From Eubacteriales bacterium (GTDB taxonomy: Bacteria > Bacillota > Clostridia > Oscillospirales > JAAYXM01), in NCBI GenBank assembly GCA_045586595.1, contig JAZNAQ010000020.1, positions 281 to 64,280 on the forward strand: DNA of 64,000 nt. Reading direction: 5' to 3'. The notes under the pieces were generated by a model. That model did no database searches. It saw nothing but the letters and a program-made list of their open reading frames with translations, and was not told the origin of the DNA. The translations under genes were made by a program, and so were the position numbers. Numbering within the stretch: position 1 is the first letter of the stretch; every line of letters begins with the position of its first letter. Shown one piece after another: positions 35,870-43,217 of this stretch.

Positions 35870-36085
35870 TTACTTCCGCTTTCCGTATGCACAGTAGAAA
35901 TCGGGAGGCGGTATCAGTCCGTTTAGTTTCGGACAGCCTGTCCACGCGTTGTGCGGAACATCGCAATCCTTGCACCTTACCACTTCCACAAAGTCAGCGG
36001 GAATATAATTGTTGCAATTTTCAAAGCCGAACTTGTCATGGTCGCACACTTTGTCACAAGCACAAGTGTTACAGGTGTTCATCAC
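35870..36085 (-). CDS. Cys-rich small protein (paralog family, ...DFVEVVRCKDC...FYCAYGKRK)
   Basis: 71 aa with 11 Cys. It shares its architecture with the next ORF. Confidence 0.5.
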   Translation of the reverse strand: MMNTCNTCACDKVCDHDKFGFENCNNYIPADFVEVVRCKDCDVPHNAWTGCPKLNGLIPPPDFYCAYGKRK

Positions 36086-36131
36086 TCTATGTCGCTCCTT
36101 CTTTATAAAATCGGTTTACTCCCTGTTCCCA

Positions 36132-36407
36132 TTATGTATCTCTCCTTTCTCCATAACTGCAAAAGTAATCGGGCTTGTGGTAATCATCCGTTCTTTTGCA
36201 TAAATATTGCTTTTTATCGTATGACGGAGTAATCCAAGATTTTATGCTGTGTTTACATTTTTCACATCGGCACACTTCCACAAAGTCAGCTTTGTTTTTG
36301 AAATGTCGGCATTCTTTGCTTTTATCCGACACAGGTCCTTTGTATTCGGTATTTGGAATGGTTGCATCTCTGCACACATCAAAGTGAACACAATCCTTGC
36401 AAGTCAT
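36132..36407 (-). CDS. Cys-rich small protein (paralog, ...DFVEVCRCEKC...YFCSYGERR)
   Basis: 91 aa with the same N-terminal CxxC...VC and C-terminal motif. Confidence 0.5.
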   Translation of the reverse strand: MTCKDCVHFDVCRDATIPNTEYKGPVSDKSKECRHFKNKADFVEVCRCEKCKHSIKSWITPSYDKKQYLCKRTDDYHKPDYFCSYGERRDT

Positions 36408-36820
36408 TCTGCCTTACCTCCGTCCATTTTTGCGCCGCAGTACCCATTTTTGTATAGTTCACAATCACTTTTATCACCGCAAGGTGGCGCACATTCAGCG
36501 TCAGAACAAAGACGCAAATCCATTTTCGCGCCGCAGTTCGGGCAATACATCCACGTTATACCCGCGTCCGCGTTATCGTTCGTATCAAAAACCTTTCCGC
36601 AACGAGTACACATCGGACTATCACCTGCAATCCACGCCCACTCTCCGTGCTTCACTTCCGCAACATCGGCTGTGGGAGCTTGCAACAAAACAACCTCCGC
36701 CTCGTCAAGTCCGCAGAAAAAACCTTCTGCAAATTGCTTTTTCCCCACTGTTGCAGGGTCGGTTTCTTGTAACTCTTTTATTTTTTTCAATGCCTTATCC
36801 GCATCAATATACCTTGCCAT
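36404..36820 (-). CDS. Cys-rich zinc-ribbon protein (related ADVAEV... segment)
   Basis: Start taken at MARYIDADKAL behind AAAGGCGGTGCGGAG. CTRCG...YCPNCGAKMD zinc ribbon. Confidence 0.45.
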   Translation of the reverse strand: MARYIDADKALKKIKELQETDPATVGKKQFAEGFFCGLDEAEVVLLQAPTADVAEVKHGEWAWIAGDSPMCTRCGKVFDTNDNADAGITWMYCPNCGAKMDLRLCSDAECAPPCGDKSDCELYKNGYCGAKMDGGKAE

Positions 36821-36836
36821 TACTCCGCACCGCCTT

Positions 36837-36995
36837 TCACAAACAAATTTGTACCGGGACTGATACAATCAAAGTCACAAAAGAAATAATAAAAAATAGC
36901 CCTTTTAAAAAACACAAAAAATCGCGTTTGTTGTCAAGCTTTACCGCAAGAATTAAAAAGTATATAGCAAGCAAAGCAGCATAAACACCATTCAT
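36837..36995 (-). CDS. 52-aa two-TM micro-protein (below ORF-track cutoff)
   Basis: Own translation: MNGVYAALLAIYFLILAVKLDNKRDFLCFLKGLFFIISFVTLIVSVPVQICL. Its ATG overlaps the upstream TAA (TAATG). Confidence 0.4.
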   Translation of the reverse strand: MNGVYAALLAIYFLILAVKLDNKRDFLCFLKGLFFIISFVTLIVSVPVQICL

Positions 36996-37375
36996 TATTC
37001 CACGCCGCCTTTCAATGCCGCTTCTGCTTCTTCGCGGGTGAGGAATACTGTTTTGCCAAAATCGTCAAAATCAAAATAATATTCACTACCTTTGCCGTGT
37101 CCGTCTATTACATTTACGACAACCTCTTCACTATCGTAAAATACTCTTGTTACTTTACAAATGATAATTCCATATTCGGGCGAATCAACCTCATACACTG
37201 TATCACCCACTCTACAAGGCGGTCTCATCCACCCATCGGCAAGGATAAAATCAGCAATAAGAGCACTTATACACCCTGAGCCTTCTTTGCCGTATCCGCT
37301 GCACTTCTTACAGTTTTTGGATGTTGCACATTCTTTGCGCGCTTGGTTTATCTGCTCAATCAATCTATCACGCAT
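36995..37375 (-). CDS. Hypothetical early protein
   Basis: Start taken at MRDRLIEQ (ATG 37375), which overlaps the stop of the upstream micro-ORF. CKKCSGYGKEGSGC motif. Confidence 0.45.
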   Translation of the reverse strand: MRDRLIEQINQARKECATSKNCKKCSGYGKEGSGCISALIADFILADGWMRPPCRVGDTVYEVDSPEYGIIICKVTRVFYDSEEVVVNVIDGHGKGSEYYFDFDDFGKTVFLTREEAEAALKGGVE

Positions 37376-37517
37376 CAGAGCCACCGCCTTTCTTCTTGTA
37401 GCAATGTACACATATGGGTTTATCTGTTCCGCACATCATTTCACCTTGTCTGCGTAGCTGTTTGCATACAGGGCAAACGACAATCATATTGAGTTGTTCT
37501 CTGGTCATTTTCTTCAT
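37368..37517 (-). CDS. 49-aa zinc-ribbon micro-protein (below cutoff)
   Basis: Own translation: MKKMTREQLNMIVVCPVCKQLRRQGEMMCGTDKPICVHCYKKKGGGSDA. GAGGGA lies upstream. Confidence 0.4.
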   Translation of the reverse strand: MKKMTREQLNMIVVCPVCKQLRRQGEMMCGTDKPICVHCYKKKGGGSDA

Positions 37518-37520
37518 CCC

Positions 37521-37691
37521 TCACTGTCCTTCATTTACTTCCGTTGATGTTTTTACTGATTGGAGTTCGCGCAACAAACATATTGCATTTGTCAAGGCAG
37601 GTGTTGTTCTTTCCCCAAAAATACCATTGTATAACTTTGAACGAATAAAAATTAAATCGGCTATAACATCCTCAATTTCAATATTGCTCAT
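37521..37691 (-). CDS. 56-aa hypothetical micro-protein (below cutoff)
   Basis: MSNIEIEDVIADLIFIRSKLYNG... Its ATG forms an ATGA overlap with the upstream stop. Confidence 0.35.
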   Translation of the reverse strand: MSNIEIEDVIADLIFIRSKLYNGIFGERTTPALTNAICLLRELQSVKTSTEVNEGQ

Positions 37692-38158
37692 AACTGCATA
37701 TCTCCTTCTAACATCGGTAACAACTTTGGCATTTCTCCGCTTATATACGCCTGCGCTATTTGTGGCTTCATAAAATCGCCAACAGTTTGTCCGCCAGGAA
37801 GAACAATGTTTGACATAAATTCATCCTCAAATACCGAAATTCCGCACTCAACAGCTTCAAGTTTTGCTTTTATTACAAGGTTTAATGCTCTCCATCGCTG
37901 ACGGCACGCCTGTTCCCATGCTTCATATTGACTATTTTCTGTTCGCGTTCTGCCAGTTGGAGTGAGTCTAAAGTCGTTTTTATCCGGAAGAGGTAAGATG
38001 AATTTAATTTGTCTTTCATACATTGTAAATCCTATCAAAGCTTTTCCTGCAGAGGTCGCATATGCGAAATTATCAGCGCCGTATCTTATAAGTGTTTTTT
38101 CGATTTCAAGTCTTGACAGTTCACTTGATACACTTGTGTTTGCTGCATATTTCCCCAC
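37688..38158 (-). CDS. Hypothetical early protein (conserved phage family, function unknown)
   Basis: GTG 38158 follows GAAGGTG and overlaps the upstream TAG by 1 nt. The segment WEQACRQRWRALNLVIKAKLEAVECGISVFEDEF looks like a recurring phage ORF type. Confidence 0.45.
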   Translation of the reverse strand: MGKYAANTSVSSELSRLEIEKTLIRYGADNFAYATSAGKALIGFTMYERQIKFILPLPDKNDFRLTPTGRTRTENSQYEAWEQACRQRWRALNLVIKAKLEAVECGISVFEDEFMSNIVLPGGQTVGDFMKPQIAQAYISGEMPKLLPMLEGDMQL

Positions 38159-38634
38159 TATTTCGCACCTTCTTCCTCTACATAGCACCAACTCTGCGGC
38201 GGTCTTGTTAAGCAATGATGCTCTCCGCATTTCTGGCAGTCCACTAAACCACCATAAGGACATCTGTCATAATTTACAAACTCGCTCAACTCTTTCGGCT
38301 TGTCATAGATTACAAGGTTTGATATGTGCCAGCCGTAAACGGCTTTTCTGTTTGCATATTCGCTTATTTCTGGCATTGTCAAACAAGAGCCAAGTTGTGA
38401 ATTGCCTTTTGCTATGTTATCGCAAACAAACTCGCCTATGACTTTTCCTTTTCCTTCGTTGTACGGAATCGGCATCGGTTGTGAAAAATACTTCTTTTTG
38501 CCTTTTGTTTCGTAGATATAGCACTTAAAAGGCACATCTATCTTCGGTTTTGTCTTCCTGACCTCAACCGTCTTTTTCCCGTTTGCAATCAGCTCACACC
38601 ACCTCGGCTGTATGCTTATCAGTACAGATTTCAT
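38158..38634 (-). CDS. ASCH (PUA-like) domain protein
   Basis: MKSVLISIQPRWCELIANGKKTVEVRK is a typical ASCH N-terminus. Start at ATG 38634 behind GAAAGGCGG. Confidence 0.6.
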   Translation of the reverse strand: MKSVLISIQPRWCELIANGKKTVEVRKTKPKIDVPFKCYIYETKGKKKYFSQPMPIPYNEGKGKVIGEFVCDNIAKGNSQLGSCLTMPEISEYANRKAVYGWHISNLVIYDKPKELSEFVNYDRCPYGGLVDCQKCGEHHCLTRPPQSWCYVEEEGAK

Positions 38635-38786
38635 TCGGATGCGCCGCCTTTCTCGGTTGGGTGGTCTGCATCTGCCATTTTCCACACTTGATAAAGAGCA
38701 TAAGCAAGGGGATTGTGTACAAATTTGAGTTTCTTGGCTCTTTCGTATTGTTCTTCAAGCAATCGTTTTGCCTTCTCCATCTTCAT
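38631..38786 (-). CDS. 51-aa hypothetical micro-protein (below cutoff)
   Basis: MKMEKAKRLLEEQYERAKKLKFVHNPLAYALYQVWKMADADHPTEKGGASE, with ATGA overlaps at both ends. Confidence 0.4.
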   Translation of the reverse strand: MKMEKAKRLLEEQYERAKKLKFVHNPLAYALYQVWKMADADHPTEKGGASE

Positions 38787-39217
38787 TTCCGCTCACTCTC
38801 CATTTCTGCCAAAGTGCTGTCGATATAATCAAGTGGAATACACTTGATACAAATATTATCCGCAGTCTTAAATATGTGATGTCTGGTTTTCAACCTCTCC
38901 GCAAGCTCTTTTTGTGCTTCGGATTTGGCTTTTCTCGCGTTGCAAAGCAAATCGAGCTTCTTGTTAATTGCCTTTTGTTTCGCTTCTGCGCTTACAAATT
39001 CTACTGTTTCTACTTTGCCGCCAATTTCAACATAGTGTACAGCTTCATTTAAATACGAAAACATTTCCCACGCTTTCTGAAATCTCTCAATCTCTGCCTT
39101 TTGGCGGTTGATAAGGTCGAGCGTATTACTAATAATAGATGCTTTTTGTAAGTCGCCCTCACAACACATTAACTGGAGAGTTTCTTCCAAAGCCTTTATA
39201 ATCTCGTTATCTGGCAT
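38783..39217 (-). CDS. Hypothetical coiled-coil early protein
   Basis: 144-aa ORF with GAGGAGGA RBS. Confidence 0.4.
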   Translation of the reverse strand: MPDNEIIKALEETLQLMCCEGDLQKASIISNTLDLINRQKAEIERFQKAWEMFSYLNEAVHYVEIGGKVETVEFVSAEAKQKAINKKLDLLCNARKAKSEAQKELAERLKTRHHIFKTADNICIKCIPLDYIDSTLAEMESERK

Positions 39218-39228
39218 ATCATATCCTC

Positions 39229-39328
39229 CTCTCGTCGATGTGTGCCTCTTGGCTCATTTTCGCCTTCAACAAAAAATATCGCTTTGCCGGCTACATCTCC
39301 TCTTTCCAACAAAGCAGGCTTTGTTGGA
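39229..39328 (-). repeat. Family 2 repeat, copy d
   Basis: CTCCAACAAAG-CCTG-CTTTGTTGG hairpin (perfect, with compensatory changes relative to copy b), followed by AAAGAGGAGATGTAGCCGGCAAAGCGA. Confidence 0.7.
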
Positions 39329-39375
39329 GTTCCTCTATATTTGTTTTAATATCTCTCTCACCGAGAGCTCGCTCT

Positions 39376-39783
39376 CTAAAATGGCAAGGGCTCATTGTCC
39401 CCGACAAGCTCCTCAAAGTCAGAAGACGCAGGCGGCGGGAGTTCTCTACCCTCGTCCGGTTCCACTCCCCTACTCTTCCTCTCGGCAAAGAAAACCTCGT
39501 CTGCGACTACTTCTGTTGCCGTTCTTGTGTTTCCGTCTCTGTCTTTATATGTCCGCACCTGCAGCTTTCCGCTTACAGCGACAAGCTGACCCTTTACAAA
39601 CCACTTAGCAACAAATTCAGCTGTTGCGCGCCACGCGACAATGTTTATAAAATCCGTATTCTGCCCGTCTTTAAATCCGCGGTCAACTGCGAGAGTAAAT
39701 GATGTTACCGGAATGTCAGACTGTGTATGCCTAAGCTCCGGGTCTCTCGTCAGCCGTCCCATTAGAATTACTTTATTTAACAT
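39376..39783 (-). CDS. ssb: Single-stranded DNA-binding protein
   Basis: MLNKVILMGRLTRDPELR OB-fold N-terminus and an acidic C-terminal tip DNEPLPF. ATG 39783 lies 8 nt after TAGGAGAG. Confidence 0.9.
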   Translation of the reverse strand: MLNKVILMGRLTRDPELRHTQSDIPVTSFTLAVDRGFKDGQNTDFINIVAWRATAEFVAKWFVKGQLVAVSGKLQVRTYKDRDGNTRTATEVVADEVFFAERKSRGVEPDEGRELPPPASSDFEELVGDNEPLPF

Positions 39784-39803
39784 TTGTTTCACTCTCCTAA
39801 CAG

Positions 39804-39989
39804 CTAATTAAAAACAAAGACTCTCGGCTTTGCCTTCAGCTTGTCGTTTGCTATCTTCTTCGTGTCGGCGCGGTAGCTGCGGCAATGCGTTTTGTATTCA
39901 ACATCCCCGCAAATCGTGTACATACACGGATGCATTTTGCAGAACTCGCAAACATGGTAGTCTTTTTCTTTTTTCTTTGGTATTGCCAT
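39804..39989 (-). CDS. Cys-rich small protein
   Basis: 61 aa with a CEFCKMHPCMYTICG motif. Confidence 0.4.
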   Translation of the reverse strand: MAIPKKKEKDYHVCEFCKMHPCMYTICGDVEYKTHCRSYRADTKKIANDKLKAKPRVFVFN

Positions 39990-39995
39990 ATGTCT

Positions 39996-40271
39996 TTATC
40001 CCTTCCCTTTCGGTCTCCCTCTGGGGCGTACACTTTTCTTCTTATGCTCCTCTTTGTATTTTCTCTGCCTTTCCCGTGCTATAGCCTTTTTTATTTTCTC
40101 CCTGTTCGGGTCATACTCCTCGTCCTTCTTGTAATGGGAGCATGTCCCCGGCGGGTCCTTCCTGCACTTTCCCGTAATGCTCGCATAATCGCAGTGATGG
40201 ACCATGAACGCGCTCTCCCGTGTGCGATATTCGCACATCACGCAAAGCTCGGCGCCTACTTTATGTATCAT
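39996..40271 (-). CDS. Cys-rich small protein with basic tail
   Basis: 91-aa ORF with several Cys/His residues and a K/R-rich C-terminus. Confidence 0.4.
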   Translation of the reverse strand: MIHKVGAELCVMCEYRTRESAFMVHHCDYASITGKCRKDPPGTCSHYKKDEEYDPNREKIKKAIARERQRKYKEEHKKKSVRPRGRPKGKG

Positions 40272-40272
40272 C

Positions 40273-40422
40273 TTAAATCCTCCGCAGGATTTCTCTCACA
40301 GAAAGCCTGCTACCCGAGAGCTTGTACCACATAACCATTATGGCAGGATAAAACACTCCGAAAATAGACATAAATCCAAGCACAAAAGGCACGCACTTTA
40401 TAAAACATTCCCAAAATGTCAT
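40273..40422 (-). CDS. 49-aa membrane micro-protein (below cutoff)
   Basis: MTFWECFIKCVPFVLGFMSIFGVFYPAIMVMWYKLSGSRLSVREILRRI, with an ATGA overlap with the upstream stop. Confidence 0.4.
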   Translation of the reverse strand: MTFWECFIKCVPFVLGFMSIFGVFYPAIMVMWYKLSGSRLSVREILRRI

Positions 40423-40604
40423 ACATCCTCACCTGTCTCTTTCCGCCATCTGAGCTCGGCTTTTTTCTTTTCCAGGAGTTCTCTTCCTCCCGGTTGTGCT
40501 AAAATTCTATTGATAAAATCCATCGTCGCGGCAGCCAGAACCTCTCTCTGATATCGGGATATCTGACTGACGTCGATATGTACGCAATTACCGACCGTAT
40601 CCAT
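40419..40604 (-). CDS. Hypothetical small early protein
   Basis: 61-aa ORF in the early operon. Confidence 0.35.
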   Translation of the reverse strand: MDTVGNCVHIDVSQISRYQREVLAAATMDFINRILAQPGGRELLEKKKAELRWRKETGEDV

Positions 40605-40720
40605 ATACCGTTCCCTTCATCAAAACATAAACTTGATTTCCTTTTTCTCTTGTGTTAATATAAATGTACACAATATTCCTTTGCGGCTGATTCCGGCTCC
40701 CCCCGGGACAGCCGCTCTTT

Positions 40721-40921
40721 TTATTTGCATCCGAGAAGATGCGCTACCTTACATACATCGCAGTGCTTCTCAAGCTCATCCGTAGCACTGCATATGTCCG
40801 GGTATTTGCAGTATTTGTCACATACAGTACTCAAAACCTTATAAGTTCTGCTTTCTCTGCATGCAGAATGAATAACCTCGCCGACTATAACATCCTTTCC
40901 GCAAATCTTACATTTCGCCAC
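40721..40921 (-). CDS. Cys-rich small protein
   Basis: 66 aa with CKICG...C...C...CDVC motifs. Confidence 0.4.
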   Translation of the reverse strand: MAKCKICGKDVIVGEVIHSACRESRTYKVLSTVCDKYCKYPDICSATDELEKHCDVCKVAHLLGCK

Positions 40922-40938
40922 TTCCTATCACCCCCTTC

Positions 40939-41136
40939 CTATTTAACCCCTGCAAGGGTTTCTACGTCTGTTTCAAAAAAGTGTGCCAGAGCGAGCGCAA
41001 CATTAAGCGACGGTTGTTTTACCCCTGTTTCAATTCCGCTGTACATCGAAACCGTTATAAAAACCTTGTTCGCAACCTCGCGCTGCGTAAGCCCTCGCGC
41101 CTCTCTCAGCTCTCTCAGCTTCTCTCCTATACTCAT
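40939..41136 (-). CDS. Cro-like XRE-family HTH regulator
   Basis: 65 aa. GEKLRELREARGLTQREVANKV is the XRE HTH. It is the first gene of the leftward early operon. Confidence 0.8.
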   Translation of the reverse strand: MSIGEKLRELREARGLTQREVANKVFITVSMYSGIETGVKQPSLNVALALAHFFETDVETLAGVK

Positions 41137-41183
41137 ATCCTCATCTCCTTTTTCATTGCTTTTCGACTTTCTGTGTGTTATAC

Positions 41184-41239
41184 TTGAATTAAATTCAACC
41201 TTGTGAGTGTATTATATCCCACAATTGTTGGAATGTCAA
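41184..41239 (-). promoter_or_regulatory. Early lytic promoter with palindromic operator
   Basis: On the minus strand: TTGACA (41239-41234), 17-nt spacer, TATAAT (41216-41211). The perfect 15-bp palindrome TTGAATTAAATTCAA (41184-41198) lies just downstream of the predicted start. Confidence 0.6.
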
Positions 41240-41297
41240 TCGGTATTTCCATCTATTGTTTGCTTTTGTATATTTGCACAAAAAGAAGGTGAAAAAC

Positions 41298-41714
41298 TTG
41301 TATAATTCGACGAACACAGTAGAGCTTATAAAAAAAGTAGCTAAAAACAAAAATATTTCTATTGCAACATTACTTTCAAATTGCGAACTAAATAAAAACA
41401 CGCTTTCTTCTATGACCTCAAGAGGCTCATGGATTCAGTCCGATAGCCTTGCAAAAATAGCAGACTATCTCGGCTGTTCCGTTGATTATCTCCTCGGCAG
41501 AACCGACGACCCCGAATCTCATATAGACAAGCTCGCCTTCCTCGACGAGCGTGACCGCGAGCTTGTCGCTTCAATTATAGAAAAGAGCTATGAGCGTTCC
41601 CGCTCTGATGTCGATAATGTGTCCGTTCACGAGCTACCCCGCTTTAAGGCCGTCGCCCATGGCGGAGATATCCTCGTCAACGAGCCTCTCGAAAAACCGA
41701 AAATCCCCGACTAA
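41298..41714 (+). CDS. CI-like XRE-family repressor
   Basis: HTH segment ISIATLLSNCELNKNTLSSM...LAKIADYLGCSVDYLLGRTD. The TTG at 41298 follows AGAAGGTGA; the longer track ORF has no RBS. Confidence 0.75.
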   Translation: MYNSTNTVELIKKVAKNKNISIATLLSNCELNKNTLSSMTSRGSWIQSDSLAKIADYLGCSVDYLLGRTDDPESHIDKLAFLDERDRELVASIIEKSYERSRSDVDNVSVHELPRFKAVAHGGDILVNEPLEKPKIPD

Positions 41715-41765
41715 AAAGACATGCCGGCATTCCGCGCCTTGTAAATGTAAAAAGGAGTGGTTTGT

Positions 41766-42425
41766 TTGGTTAAACATAAAGCAAAAACTTTGTATCGGAG
41801 GATAAAGAAAAACGGCATAACCTTTGAGGCTGTCAAAGATTACGCCGAGCGCTCGGGTTATTCAGTTTTGATGTATGATTCTCCCGAAGGGAAAATAGAG
41901 ATTGAAGCTTATAATCTGCAGGAGCTTGCCGCTAAACGAAGGGCTTTCACCTTTGATTCTAAAGTGAAATTCATTTTTATTACCTCAGCTGCAACAGAAT
42001 ATGAAAAGATATTTCTCTTGTTGCATGAGCTCGGTCATGTTCTCTTGGGGCACACCTCACAGACTTCCGTAAAAGATAGCTTTAACTGTGAAATGGAAGC
42101 TGACGCATTCGCCTATGAGGTATTGCATCATAAGAGCGGCATTTCTCCTAAACTACTTTCAGCCTTTCTTGTTTTAATAGCGTTTTTAGCAGGTGCTCTG
42201 ATTTCTCGGAGCTTTTTATTTTCTCAAAAATTAGAACCTCTGCAGAAGCCAATACAAGAAACTGCCGTGGTGTATGTAACCCCATCCGGCAGTAAGTATC
42301 ACACGGCAAATTGTCAGTTCGTCTCAGGAAACGCTAACGCAAAAAAAGTCTCGCTGAGCGAAGTATTACATACCCACACTCCGTGTAAGGTATGCACCCC
42401 GCAAATTGACATTATAAAGAAATAA
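41766..42425 (+). CDS. ImmA/IrrE-type metallopeptidase fused to a TM helix and an extracytoplasmic Cys-motif domain
   Basis: HELGHVLLGH plus EMEADAFAYE (ImmA signature), TM helix LLSAFLVLIAFLAGALISRSFLF, then SGSKYHTANC...TPCKVC. Start taken at TTG 41766, 8 nt after AAAGGAG. Confidence 0.7.
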   Translation: MVKHKAKTLYRRIKKNGITFEAVKDYAERSGYSVLMYDSPEGKIEIEAYNLQELAAKRRAFTFDSKVKFIFITSAATEYEKIFLLLHELGHVLLGHTSQTSVKDSFNCEMEADAFAYEVLHHKSGISPKLLSAFLVLIAFLAGALISRSFLFSQKLEPLQKPIQETAVVYVTPSGSKYHTANCQFVSGNANAKKVSLSEVLHTHTPCKVCTPQIDIIKK

Positions 42426-42483
42426 GACATCAGCAGGTCGCGGTTTGCCGACATGTTGAAAACGCAAAAGGAGGCTGTAGTTT

Positions 42484-43167
42484 ATGAAAATTATAATTTT
42501 TCTAATAACAACTTTCGTTGTTTTTCTTCTAAATTCCTTATTTGGATTACTTGCTGGGTTTCAAATGGGCCCTGTGTTTCTCTATATTGTCATTTATTTA
42601 ATTTCTAAATTTTTCAGTGATAGATGGGAATCTCGAAAAATGTGCAAAAGCATAATGAGGTCTCTCCCTGAACAGCCTTCAACAGAACACTCATCACTTG
42701 AGCTGAAGTCCCACTCGGCACCACAACAAAAGAAGGTTGACAAGGAAAAACACAATCAATCAAGAATAAAGTTGACTTTTGCGAAAATCAAAGAACGTTG
42801 TAAAAAACATTTTTTCATATACCTTTCTGCAATTCTCTCGATTGCGCTTGCCTTTTCCTCTTTCTTCGTCGTTTCATTCTATATAGAATTGAAATCCGCC
42901 GAAAAGACTTTTGCCACTTATGAAACCGAATTCTCTGATGCGTTAGAGATGTACAAAGATTTAAAACACGCATCAGACCAAAAGATGGAACGCCGCTATG
43001 AGTTAATACATAACAGGTTCCCTGAAATTGGTCGAATAAAATTCGAAATTATAAAAAATGTATTTTCAAAACAAGGTAATAAAAACTATACTGTGAAACA
43101 GCTCAAAACCCTCGGATATACCGACGGAATCTCTCGCTTGATATATACGCTATGGTATGAAGCTTAA
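42484..43167 (+). CDS. Three-TM membrane protein with outward-facing C-terminal domain homologous to the giant virion protein C-terminus
   Basis: 227 aa with AAAGGAGG RBS. The basic loop between TM2 and TM3 predicts that the C-terminus faces outward. See findings for the alignment with residues ~1990-2046 of ORF 20704-26844. Confidence 0.6.
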   Translation: MKIIIFLITTFVVFLLNSLFGLLAGFQMGPVFLYIVIYLISKFFSDRWESRKMCKSIMRSLPEQPSTEHSSLELKSHSAPQQKKVDKEKHNQSRIKLTFAKIKERCKKHFFIYLSAILSIALAFSSFFVVSFYIELKSAEKTFATYETEFSDALEMYKDLKHASDQKMERRYELIHNRFPEIGRIKFEIIKNVFSKQGNKNYTVKQLKTLGYTDGISRLIYTLWYEA

Positions 43168-43217
43168 CAACAGTTCCGATATACAGTTAGAAATCAACAA
43201 TAACAAGGAGTTCCCCC

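Noticed and set aside
20644-39328. The family-1 and family-2 repeats as a CRISPR array or as simple rho-independent terminators
   Set aside because: The spacing is irregular and kilobase-scale, with genes in between, the repeats are not identical, and there are no cas genes, so this is not a CRISPR array. The hairpins are followed by CUUUG/AGGAG rather than U-runs, and one copy is translated in frame, so they are not classical terminators.
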